Shown here piece after piece: positions 10,541 through 20,189 of a stretch of DNA of 64,000 bases. The notes below the pieces were generated by a model, which was not told where the DNA came from, ran no database searches, and worked only from the letters and a program-made list of their open reading frames with translations. The stretch spans positions 34,010-98,009 of the forward strand of contig CAWHCF010000035.1 in the NCBI GenBank assembly GCA_963827655.1, in the 5' to 3' direction. Numbering within the stretch: the first letter of the stretch is position 1; each line of letters starts with the position of its first letter. The position numbers and the translations under genes were made by a program. The DNA is from an uncultured Acidobacteriota bacterium. Lineage in GTDB: Bacteria; Acidobacteriota; UBA6911.

Positions 10541-11374
10541 CTAGCGCCGGAGGGTTGCGGCAGAAGCTTGAAACTTCTCAAGGTGCGCAGCCGCACGCTC
10601 GCGATTTCCCGTCCGGGCATAGGCCCGCGCCAACAGGAAGTGAATCTGCCGATCGGTCGTCCCCACGCTTATCAACTGAAGCGCTTTCTCACCCTCCTGG
10701 ACTGCCTGATCAAATTTCCCGGCTTGAAAGAGAAGCCGGCCGCGTTCGTAATGAGCATCGCGCGAGTCGGGCTCGAGAACAAGCGCCTGATCCACCAGAC
10801 CCATGGACTTGCTGTATTGGCCGAGCGTGAAAAGCAGGCGGGCGTATGCGATCAGGACATCAGTGTCCGCCTTTCCGGAAGACCCGGCCAGCGAGAGAGC
10901 CCGCTCGTACATCTGGATCGCAAGGTCGGCGTTCGCCAGGCCTTCATGAGTCAGCGCCAGGTAGAAATGCGTGCGGCTGCTGGAGGCATCGAGAGTGCGA
11001 GCGCGTTCGAGCGGCTCCAGGGCGCGCTTGAAATCATTTTCCAGATAGTAATAGAACCCGAGCATGAACTGATTGTAGGCGGAGCCTGGTTCAAGCTCGA
11101 CGGCCCGCTTCAAGTCCCGGCCCGCCGGCTCCAGCCGGTCCATCGCCATCGCAAGCTTGGCGCGCAGCGTGAGGGCGGGCACAAACTCAGGATTCTCTGC
11201 GAGCGCCTGGTTCAGCGCCGCCAGCGATTCCGCGAATTTCTTTTCCACAAAGAGCGCATTGGCGCGGGCATAGGCTTGCTGCGCCTTTTCCGAAGGGGGT
11301 GCCATCGCTTTCGCATCAGCCGGGAGGATGAGCAGCCCCATAACCAGAATGATGAGTCGGGCGCCGGGCTTCAT
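10541..11374 (-). CDS. Exported tetratricopeptide repeat protein
   Basis: Signal peptide followed by tandem TPR patterns (ALEPLERARTLDA, AHYERGRLLFQAGKFDQAV). Confidence 0.85.
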   Translation of the reverse strand: MKPGARLIILVMGLLILPADAKAMAPPSEKAQQAYARANALFVEKKFAESLAALNQALAENPEFVPALTLRAKLAMAMDRLEPAGRDLKRAVELEPGSAYNQFMLGFYYYLENDFKRALEPLERARTLDASSSRTHFYLALTHEGLANADLAIQMYERALSLAGSSGKADTDVLIAYARLLFTLGQYSKSMGLVDQALVLEPDSRDAHYERGRLLFQAGKFDQAVQEGEKALQLISVGTTDRQIHFLLARAYARTGNRERAAAHLEKFQASAATLRR

Positions 11375-13020
11375 CGCAATCCTTGTCCTTCCCGTAACGT
11401 GTAATACCGGTCACCGGCGACGTTTTCGAAACGGTCCACACGCTTGCTCGGCGCCGGCCAGCGAACCTCGACCCAGTCGGCCTTACTCTCGCGGCCCAGT
11501 CCCAGGACCAGACGAGGATCGTTTGAAGATAGATAGCTCCCGCCTGCATTCTTCAAGTAAGTCCGCCTCGTGCCTCCCGTGGACCAGGCGATGCTCGCGC
11601 CAACGGCATCGCGGTTCGCGGTCTCGCCGATCAGCCTCAGGCCCAGCCAGTGATTTCCGCTCTCTCCGGTGTTGTAGAGAATCAGCGGCGGTTCCCCATT
11701 GTTCGCAACCACCACGTCCTGGCGTCCGTCATTGTTCAAATCTCCAACGGCCAGGCCGCGGCCGGGATAGTGTTTGCCAAAGACTTCGCCTGCGCGCTCG
11801 CCAAGGTTGTGAAAACGACCGGCGCCGTTCACGAACAGGAGCAGAGGTTCTTTGTGAGTCAGGGTGGTGGAGATCTGCTCGATCAGATCGTCCGGGTGGC
11901 CATTGGTGACAATCAGATCCTGGTCTCCATCATGATCGAAGTCAAAGAACTTTACCCCCCAGCCGCTGTACATGTGGGTTGCCATTCCAATCCCGGTCGG
12001 TCCCGCTTCATCGCTGAACACCCTGTTTCCCAGATTGCGATAGATCGAAAACTTCTCCCGGTTGAAATTGCAAACGAAAAGATCCTGCCGTCCGTCGTCA
12101 TCGTAATCGGCCGCGTCCACTCCCATTCCAGATCTTGCTGCGCCGTCCGAGTTGTAGGCGACCTCTGCCGGAATCCCGATTTCGTCGAAGCGGCCCTGCC
12201 CGCGGTTCCAGAACAGAAAGTTTGCCACCGAATCGTTAGCCACGAAGAGGTCGAGCCGGCCATCAAGATCGATATCGGTAGCGACTGCGCCGAAGGCCTT
12301 TCCCAGGTGCTTGCCGATGCCCGATGCGGCGCTCACGTCCTCGAAGCCATTCCCGTTGTTGTGAAACAGGCGGCTGGCCCAGGGCTCGTAAGCTAGCGGA
12401 TAGCAGTAGTGCCGGGTTCCCCCCTCCAGACATTTCTTTTCCAGATTCTTGTTGTACCGGACGAAATGCCCCACGTAGAGGTCAAGCTTGCCGTCTCCAT
12501 CGTAGTCGAACCACACCGCCGCGGTGTTGAGGCCAGGCGCCTCCAGGCCGGACTTTGAAGCGACGTCGGAGAAAGTGGCGTCCCCGTTATTACGGTAGAG
12601 AGTATTGCTGCCGTAGTTGGTCAGGTAGAGGTCGGTCCACCCATCGCCGTCGAAATCGGCGGCGAAAACCCCGATACCGAATTTCCCGCCCGCCACGCCA
12701 GCCGGTTCGGTTACGTCGGAGAAAGTACCGTCCTTGTTGTTTCGATAGAGCGCGTTCCTGAGAGGCCTTGAAGGAGTGTAGAAATCACACGGACCGCTGT
12801 TGACGAAGTAGAGATCCATCCAGCCATCATTGTTGAAGTCGAAAATCGCGGCGCCTGGGCCCATGGATTCGGGAAGGTAGCGTTCGGGCGAGAGTGCGTT
12901 ATCGTGGGTCCACCGGATGCCGCTCTTGTCGGCCGGCACCGCCTCAAACCGAGGCGAAGAAGTGGTCGCGTCCCAAGTCAGGATCGTAAGAGTTGTGAGC
13001 AGAATTCCGGCCTTGATCAT
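11371..13020 (-). CDS. CRTAC1-family FG-GAP repeat protein with ASPIC/UnbV C-terminus
   Basis: Repeated DFNNDGWMDLY / DFDGDGWTDLY motifs; NRDAVGA, GGSYLSSNDPRLVLGLG, VEVRWP. Confidence 0.9.
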   Translation of the reverse strand: MIKAGILLTTLTILTWDATTSSPRFEAVPADKSGIRWTHDNALSPERYLPESMGPGAAIFDFNNDGWMDLYFVNSGPCDFYTPSRPLRNALYRNNKDGTFSDVTEPAGVAGGKFGIGVFAADFDGDGWTDLYLTNYGSNTLYRNNGDATFSDVASKSGLEAPGLNTAAVWFDYDGDGKLDLYVGHFVRYNKNLEKKCLEGGTRHYCYPLAYEPWASRLFHNNGNGFEDVSAASGIGKHLGKAFGAVATDIDLDGRLDLFVANDSVANFLFWNRGQGRFDEIGIPAEVAYNSDGAARSGMGVDAADYDDDGRQDLFVCNFNREKFSIYRNLGNRVFSDEAGPTGIGMATHMYSGWGVKFFDFDHDGDQDLIVTNGHPDDLIEQISTTLTHKEPLLLFVNGAGRFHNLGERAGEVFGKHYPGRGLAVGDLNNDGRQDVVVANNGEPPLILYNTGESGNHWLGLRLIGETANRDAVGASIAWSTGGTRRTYLKNAGGSYLSSNDPRLVLGLGRESKADWVEVRWPAPSKRVDRFENVAGDRYYTLREGQGLR

Positions 13021-13063
13021 GAAGGCACTTTAGCGTGACGTCTTCTCGCTGAGTCCCGGCCGT

Positions 13064-16000
13064 CTAGAATCGAAAGCGGAGCGCGATCTGGCCGCTTCTG
13101 GGCAGACTTCTGGTGTTGCTGCCGTCGACGCGACCGAAACCTCCTTGAGGCACGCCGGCGGCATTGCGCCGCTGGGTCGCCAGCGCATTGCCCGATTCGG
13201 GATTATTCAGCGCCACCCGGTTGAAGACGTTGAAGAACTCCAGCCGGATCTCCAGGCTGTAAGATTCGCCGAATCGCGTCACCTTGCCGAAACTCATATC
13301 TTCACTGGTCAAACGCGAGGTTCGATAGTCGGTCTGGTAGACGTTCGTGCTGCCGAAAGTTCCTGGGGCCGGGTCGGCCCAGGCGGCCGGGTTCAGCACG
13401 AAGTCCTGGTTCGGATCGATGCAGCCGCAGTTGAGATCCTTCAGGAACAGGGGCTGCCCGGGTACTCGGTTGGCAAAAGTGCTCCGGAACAGGAGCGAGC
13501 CCAGATTGTTCTGGGCCGTGGGAACCTGAATCGGCTCGCCGCTGGAATAGCGGAAGATGCCGCTGACGTTCCATCCGTCAAGCAGCGCGCGGGCGAAGGA
13601 GTTCGTTCGGGCCAGCCCGAATCCTGGCACTTCGTAGCGGAAGGCGCTCACGAAGATGTGCGGCTGGTCGTTGGGAGAGAGCGTCTTGAAGGACCTGGAG
13701 TCGAACAGATTATTCACCGGGACCGTGGCTCCTCCCTGTTCGCTCACGGTTGCCAGATTCTTCGACCAGGTATAGGAGAGGACGAAGTCGAGGCCGTAGG
13801 ACAGGCGTTTGGTGGCCTTGACCTGGAGCGAGTCATACCAGGTATTCCCCAGCGGAGACAGGTCTATGCCCACGGAGCCGAATTGCGGGAAAGGGCGCAG
13901 ACTCTGGGCGACCGTGGAGCTGAGAGGAAAGCCCGAATAAGGAGCCGCGAAACCGCGGGCCTGAGCTTGGGGCGAATCAAGCCGTGACGTTAGCAGGGCG
14001 CGGTCGTCCGCGTTCAGGATATTGAGGCCGCGAGTAGCAATGCGCTCGGGTGGAAGAGCATTGAGATCCACGAGGCCGACGGCTTCGTACCAGACGCCGC
14101 GGTTGCCGACGTAAGCCATCTCCAGCACCAGGTCCCTGGAGAGTTCACGCTGGATGTTCAGAACCCAGTTGTTGATCCTGAGGGGGCCTTCCTCCATTCC
14201 GGTCAATGTGGGCAGGGGGATTGTTAAGCTGTCCGGGAGAGGGGCGGATTCCTGCGTTGATGTTCTGGGCATAAAGATCCGCCGGGTTGTAAACCAGGCC
14301 ATCGCGGAACCGGAGAGCCGATTCGCCAAAGGCCGGGTTACTGAAGGGTATCGTGTTGAAGCCGAATCCGAGGGAGTTGCCGGCCCCTATGTAGTTGAAT
14401 CCCCCGAGTGCGCCGTACGTGACGCCCCAGCCCCCGCGGATCACGGTCTTGGTGTTGAAGGCATAGGCAAACCCGAAGCGCGGTCCGAACGCCCAGGGAT
14501 AGGTTTTGGTCAGATCGCAGTCGCAGCGCCCTGGCCCTTCGCCGGCGAAGAGCGTCGCGCCGGGAAGATTGCCTGCGGCGGGATTGGGAAGGTCGGGCGC
14601 AAACATCGACGTCCGGTAGTGAAGTTCGTGCAAGGCATTCTGAACATCGTAACGAAGCCCAAGCTCCAGGGTAAGCTTGGGTGTGACCTTCCAGCTGTCC
14701 TGGACGAACGCGGCCCAGGACGAACGACGAAATCCAACCGACGTGGGATTGTTGATGCTCGCATTGTTGGTCAGGCCGAGCAGAAAGGACGCGTAGCTAT
14801 GCCCGATCGTGCCCCCGCCGAGGTTCTGTCCCTCGGTGGAAGGTTGCCCGGTCTGGGCAGGCGCGAAATTATAGGTTCCGGTGGCGCCGTTGTTGGCGAG
14901 ATTGTTGAAGGTGTCGATGCGGTACTCGCCGCCGAACTTGAAGGTGTGATTCTTTCGCACCCAGGAGAAGGTCTCAACTACCGTGGGCTTGTCTTGAGTG
15001 TAAAGCTGGTAGTTCGTCGGTCCGAGATTGTCGCTGGCAACCGGGGCGTTAAAGGTAATGCGTGGAAAACCCCCAACCACCGCGCCTCTCAATCCCAGTT
15101 CGCTGGCCGAATCGTAATCGGTGATCGGGGTCGTATCCGGGTTGTAGTATCGCTGATAGCCGATTCCGAAGTGGTTAATCATCGTGGGGGTTAAGAAATA
15201 GTCGTGATTCACCCGGATCGTCTTGCTGGTAATCGGCTGGTCGCGCCGCTGAGAGATCGGGTCGGGCAATCCGTCCTGGCCGTTGTCTTTGCGCGTGCGC
15301 TGCATGCCGAAGTAAAAGGCGATCTTGGAGTTCGTGCTGAAGCTGTGGTCGACCTTCCACGTGGGGATCTGCTCGATCCTGCGGTACTGGAACCGTCTTT
15401 CGAAATTGTTGTTCAGTCGGTCTGCATACTGGGGGTCGGGAGGCGGCATCATGCTTTGAATATTCGCCGCGATCGGATCGAAGCGGCTGGTCGGTATGAT
15501 GTTGTTGGGAAAGGGATCGCGCACCACCCGTCCATTCACCACACGGCCGGTCGTCGGGTCGAAGAGGGAGCCCTCCAGGATGTCGCGACCGAGCGGGTCC
15601 TGCGCGAGGACGCGCCCGGTCAGAAGGTTGCTGAAATCGCCGTTGCGGTAGGCCGCGTTGGGCAAATTTCCAAAGCCTCCGAAGCGCTCCTCACGCTGGT
15701 GGTAAACCTCGAGATTGAAAAAGAAGAAGGTGCGATTGCTTCCGTCGTAGATCTTCGGGATTTTGACCGGACCGCCGAAGGTTCCGCCGAAATCGTGCTG
15801 CCGGATGCGGGTCTTGGTTTTTTCCCCATCCGGCCCGATCGGAGCGAACGCCGGCGCCGCATTCAGTGCCTCGTTGTTTATGTATTCGTAGACCGTGCCG
15901 TGGAAACCATTGCTTCCCGAACGCGCGCTGAAATTGACCAGGCCGCCGCCCACCTGGCCGAACTCGGCCGCGAAGTTGGTACTCTGGAGCGTGAACTCCT

Positions 16001-16634
16001 CAACGCCGTCGATCGAAGGCTGCGACTCGTTAAAGAGACGAGGATTGAGCGCGCTGGTCGCGTCCTGACCTTCGAAGATGACGCGAAACGTTCCTCGAGG
16101 GCTGCCGTTCACGCGGATATCATTCCACGCGCCGACGCTTGTTCCCGGGGCCAGCTGAAGAAACACCAGCGGGTTCCGCACGCCGTTGTTGGCAAAATTC
16201 AAGGGAAGCTGGTTGACCTTGTCGCCGCTCAAGACCGTGCTCTGTTCAGCAGACTCAGTTCTCAATAACGGCGCATCGGCGCTCACGGTGACCAGATTGT
16301 CCGCCGCGCCGACCTCCAGTACCACGTCAAGGCGGGCGGTCTGGGCCACCTGCACGGTGATGCCGGTCTGGACAAATTTCCGGAAGCCCGGCTGTTCGAC
16401 CGTCAGGCTATAAGCTCCCGGCGGGATGGCGGGAATGGTGTAGTGGCCGGTTTCGGTCGTCACGGTTCGGAGCTCCTGGTTGGTGGCCAGGTTCGTGGCC
16501 ACGACCGAGACGCCGGGTACGATGCCTCCTCCCTGGTCGGTAACGGTCCCGGTAATCGCTCCACGATCGCTTTGCGCCAGCGCGGGAATCAAACCGAAAA
16601 GAACGAATAGCAGCAGTGCCAGACCCTTTCTCAT
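13064..16634 (-). CDS. Oar-like TonB-dependent receptor with carboxypeptidase-regulatory-like N-domain; frameshift ~14185
   Basis: GAITGTVTDQGG, QHDFGGTFGGP, FVQDSWKVTPKLTLELGLRYD, C-terminal RLEFFNVFN...RSGQIALRFRF. Confidence 0.9.
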
Positions 16635-17042
16635 ACCGTTCTCCTTTGCCAGGCCGGATTAGCTTAAGCTTCGGGCAGAAGGTCTAAGTAAAACTTTGGA
16701 AGACCGTTGTGCGCGCGTTGAATCGATGACCGGGGCCCTCAGCCAGCCGACGGCTGCAGTTGCTCGCATGGATTCTCGAATCGAATGGGCCGAGGATATG
16801 CTTTTCCGCACCCACTTTCAATGAAGTATTTGCGTTGCGTCGTGGATCCGGATAAGAAGAGCGGCCCGAAGGCTGGGCATGGCATATCTTTAAGAAATTT
16901 GCGGTTGGTATCTAATCGCGTATTTTGCCGTGGTAGTTGTTTCTGGTGCCCTAACCACGAAGACTTGACGGAAGACGGCCGAGAAGGCGCTGACGATTGA
17001 CTTGAGCTCATTCCGAAACCGAAGCCGCGCGGCCACGTCATC

Positions 17043-17243
17043 GTGAAGAACAAGCGTGTAAACATCCGACTTTCGGCAGCCGACCTGATGGATCTTCAAG
17101 CTCGCGCTTATGAGGAAGGAGTTCCTTATCAGACTCTGATCGCGAGCGTGCTGCATAAGTACGTTTCGGGACGTTTGCGCGAGACGAAGTCACGGCTAAC
17201 ACTCGCTCCAGGGATTGAGGTGAACCGGGTCCAGAGTGCCTAG
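17043..17243 (+). CDS. CopG/RHH-type antitoxin, N-terminus missing or frameshifted
   Basis: KRVNIRLSAADLMDLQARAYEEGVPYQTLIASVLHKYV. Confidence 0.65.
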   Translation: MKNKRVNIRLSAADLMDLQARAYEEGVPYQTLIASVLHKYVSGRLRETKSRLTLAPGIEVNRVQSA

Positions 17244-17657
17244 CTATGACCGGGGTCCAAGGTTTTATCCAGGACGCTCCGTCCAACCACGGTCCATGAG
17301 GGCGCTCGACATATCGGCGAGCTGCAGGCCTGGGACCTGGATCGAGGAGAGAAAGTCTGGAACTCAGACTTTCACGACGCATGTTCCGCCCGCAATTGTG
17401 GGCCGCGCCCTGAGGCGCCGGGTCGACGGAGGGTTCAAGAAACGCCCGATCCTCGATCGTGGGGTGCTTCCGCTGTCAATTGCTGCTGTTATTCTTGATG
17501 CAGATCGTCTTGAGCTGAAAAGGATCAATGCCTGCTGCTGCCGAAGTTTGTTTCCATTCCGAGGCGTGTCCTGAATTTTTACAAATTAGACTCCCGGCAG
17601 TTCTTTGATTTCAACAGGACGAAGACTGTGGCGCTTGATTATTGGTGACGGACAGGG

Positions 17658-18743
17658 TCAGAACCGATGCGTGACGGCGGCGATGATCAGGAAATTTGCA
17701 AACGCTCCGGCACCGTGGCCACCAAATTGATGATCGTATACATTGCGAGTCCGGTTTTGATAGACCGCTATAGGAGCGAAGATGCTGTACGTATAGGCGC
17801 CACGCGAGACCGCCATGCCTGGCTCGATGTAGACGGCCATGCCTGGCCGCCGAAACCCGTCGCTGCCGCCGAACACGTCGCCGCTCGGGATTCCGTCGAT
17901 CCTGCCGCCGAAACTGGCCGAGATGCCCTTCTGCGGCGAAAGCGCAAAGTTCAACCCTACGCGGCCCATGTACTGGTCGGGAACGGACAAGTTGCGGTAC
18001 TCGCCGTAGACAGGAAGGGTCGTCACCGCGCCGTTTTTCTCGCGCGGATTGAACAGATAGAAGCCGGAACCATAGGCGAAGACGTTTGTGAAGAGCTTCT
18101 GGTAGGCCACCGTCTCCACGACCATGCCCCAGCCACCGTCGCCGGGTTGGACCGCGATGTCGACCGGTATCCGTACCTGCCCAGTGGGACGATAAGCGAT
18201 ATCGTGCGCCCTTGAACGTCCGGTCGGCGCTTTCATACCAAAGCTCACGGAAATGTTCCCATCCATGTGCTTGTCCGGATCGAACAGCCAGGCGTTTCCG
18301 AGCAACCTGGCATCGCCCAGACCGGAGGCGCTCATCGTGTGCCGATGGATGCCATCATTTTCGTGATCTCGGAAACTGGAGACACCTCCACTAACGAACG
18401 GCACAGTAAGGGTCATGCTGTACCGGCTGGTGAAAGCGTACGTGGTCTGGAGGTCGACCGAATGAATGTTGATCCTGGCGCCGATCGTCCTTGCATACGC
18501 CGGATCGAAGCGGTCACCCACGTATCCGTCTTCGGCATGCAGAAACCGATAGGCCGCAGTCGTCTGCCACCGGCCCCCTTCAAGGTGGTCAACACCTTCG
18601 GCGCTCAGACTGAGCGTCATGAATCGGGCCGGCACTCAGCCCTGCCCGGAGGCCTCAGGGGGCGAAACAAGCAGGAGACCCAGCACCAACATGAGGACGT
18701 GCAGGACACCGTTAAGTCGTAAAGCGTATCGGGAATCGCGCAT
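17658..18743 (-). CDS. Exported outer-membrane beta-barrel/transporter-like protein with in-frame UGA at codon 36 (candidate selenocysteine)
   Basis: ATG 18743 after GGAAGG is in frame with ORF 17658-18635; MRDSRYALRLNGVLHVLMLVLGLLLVSPPEASGQG-(TGA 18636-18638)-VPARF; SGLGD motif, amphipathic strands, C-terminal Phe. Confidence 0.75.
18602..18616 (-). promoter_or_regulatory. Candidate bacterial SECIS apical hairpin
   Basis: mRNA CGCUCA-GUC-UGAGCG; the loop starts 26 nt after the UGA with G first. Confidence 0.55.
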
Positions 18744-18777
18744 TGGCTACCTTCCCTGGAGTGAGGTCGATTGGCTC

Positions 18778-18806
18778 ACGTTACTATCAGTCATGCAAGC
18801 GATCAA
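18778..18806 (-). promoter_or_regulatory. Possible sigma70-like promoter for the UGA-containing gene
   Basis: Minus strand TTGATC-N17-TAACGT about 35 nt upstream of ATG 18743. Confidence 0.35.
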
Positions 18807-19485
18807 TTGAAATGTCCGGCGCCGTTCGGCAGCCGAAGCTAGCTGGGGATCCTCTGTGAGAAGATTTCCTCGTCGCCGTTAGGGGGATGATCGGCCACAG
18901 GGCGCTGCCTTTCGCGCTGCGCGGCTTCAACGCGAATCCGATATGCCTGGCGCTGTCGCCTCGACACCGGCTCCGCCTGGGGAAAAAAACATGTCTAATT
19001 GAGGTGTCCATCTATTAATAACGAAACGGGGATCCAAAAACTGTAACGTCCTCGAAAAAATCTCTCTTCGACCAGGCTGAGTGAATCAGGTGTAAACCAC
19101 ACTTGATCGTGGCGGGAGTCCTTTCGATTCGGCTGTTCCCGGGTGGCACGAAGGAGGCCGCAATCCGCCGCCGGCCCGAATGGCGCGAGTCAGACCCGCG
19201 CCTGGAGATTGGTCATTTCGCGGGTGCGGCAGCAAGCTTACGCACTCCAAAGCATGCCCTGGAGTTCGTGGCTTACTACCGGCCTTAGATCGGGACGAAG
19301 CAAACGCAAACCCTGAGCGCACAAGGCGCGACACTTGCGTGTAAGGTAGAGCCGGGAGATCCGCCTGACCGGTTAAGAGTGAGGGGGAGCCGAACTCAAT
19401 TACCCTATCAAGGGCCCGGTGACGGTGCCGGGTCAGATTCAAGGTGATATAATAGGCGGCACGCCAAAAGGGAAAATGATCTGGA

Positions 19486-20055
19486 ATGACGACACCAGCG
19501 CCGCATGAAGTAACACGATTACTTCTCGCCTGGAGCAAAGGAGATCAAGCCGCTCGCGACCAGCTGATGCCCCTGGTTTATGAGGAACTACGGCGGATCG
19601 CTAAGCGCCATATGGACCGTCAGAAACCTGACCATACGCTGCAGACCACGGCCCTTATCCATGAGGCATACCTGCGATTGGTAGATCAGAAAGAAGCGCG
19701 CTGGCAAAATCGCGCTCATTTCTTCGCAGTAGCTGCTCAGGCAATGCGGCAGATCCTGGTTGACTACGCGCGAACCCGTCACGCAGCCAAGCGTGGAGGT
19801 GAAGCATCCGCGGTCTCGCTTGACGAAGCGGCGGTCGTCTCAAGACAAAGGTCTGGGGAGCTAGTGGCGCTCGATGACGCGCTACAGAGTCTGGCGGCCT
19901 TTGACCGGAGAAAAAGTCAGGTCGTGGAGCTTAGATACTTTGGCGGGTTGAGCGTAGAGGAGACGGCCAAGGTTTTGAAAGTCTCGTCTGAGACTGTGCT
20001 GCGCGACTGGCGTTTGGCCAAGACCTGGCTGCTACGCGAACTCTCAACGCAGTGA
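19486..20055 (+). CDS. ECF RNA polymerase sigma factor (TIGR02999-type)
   Basis: EVTRLLLAWSKGD, LQTTALIHEAYLRL, NRAHFFAVAA, VELRYFGGLSVEETA, RDWRLAKTWL. Confidence 0.95.
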   Translation: MTTPAPHEVTRLLLAWSKGDQAARDQLMPLVYEELRRIAKRHMDRQKPDHTLQTTALIHEAYLRLVDQKEARWQNRAHFFAVAAQAMRQILVDYARTRHAAKRGGEASAVSLDEAAVVSRQRSGELVALDDALQSLAAFDRRKSQVVELRYFGGLSVEETAKVLKVSSETVLRDWRLAKTWLLRELSTQ

Positions 20056-20189
20056 CGAGTGACGAGCGTCAAGTGGAGAGCCAATGATCTACGGAACTTC
20101 TTCGCAAATCGCAAAGAAGTCACGGACAAAGAATCTATCCGCCTCATCCCCCTCGTCATCAATTGGGCGGACTTGAACCTGTAAGCAGG

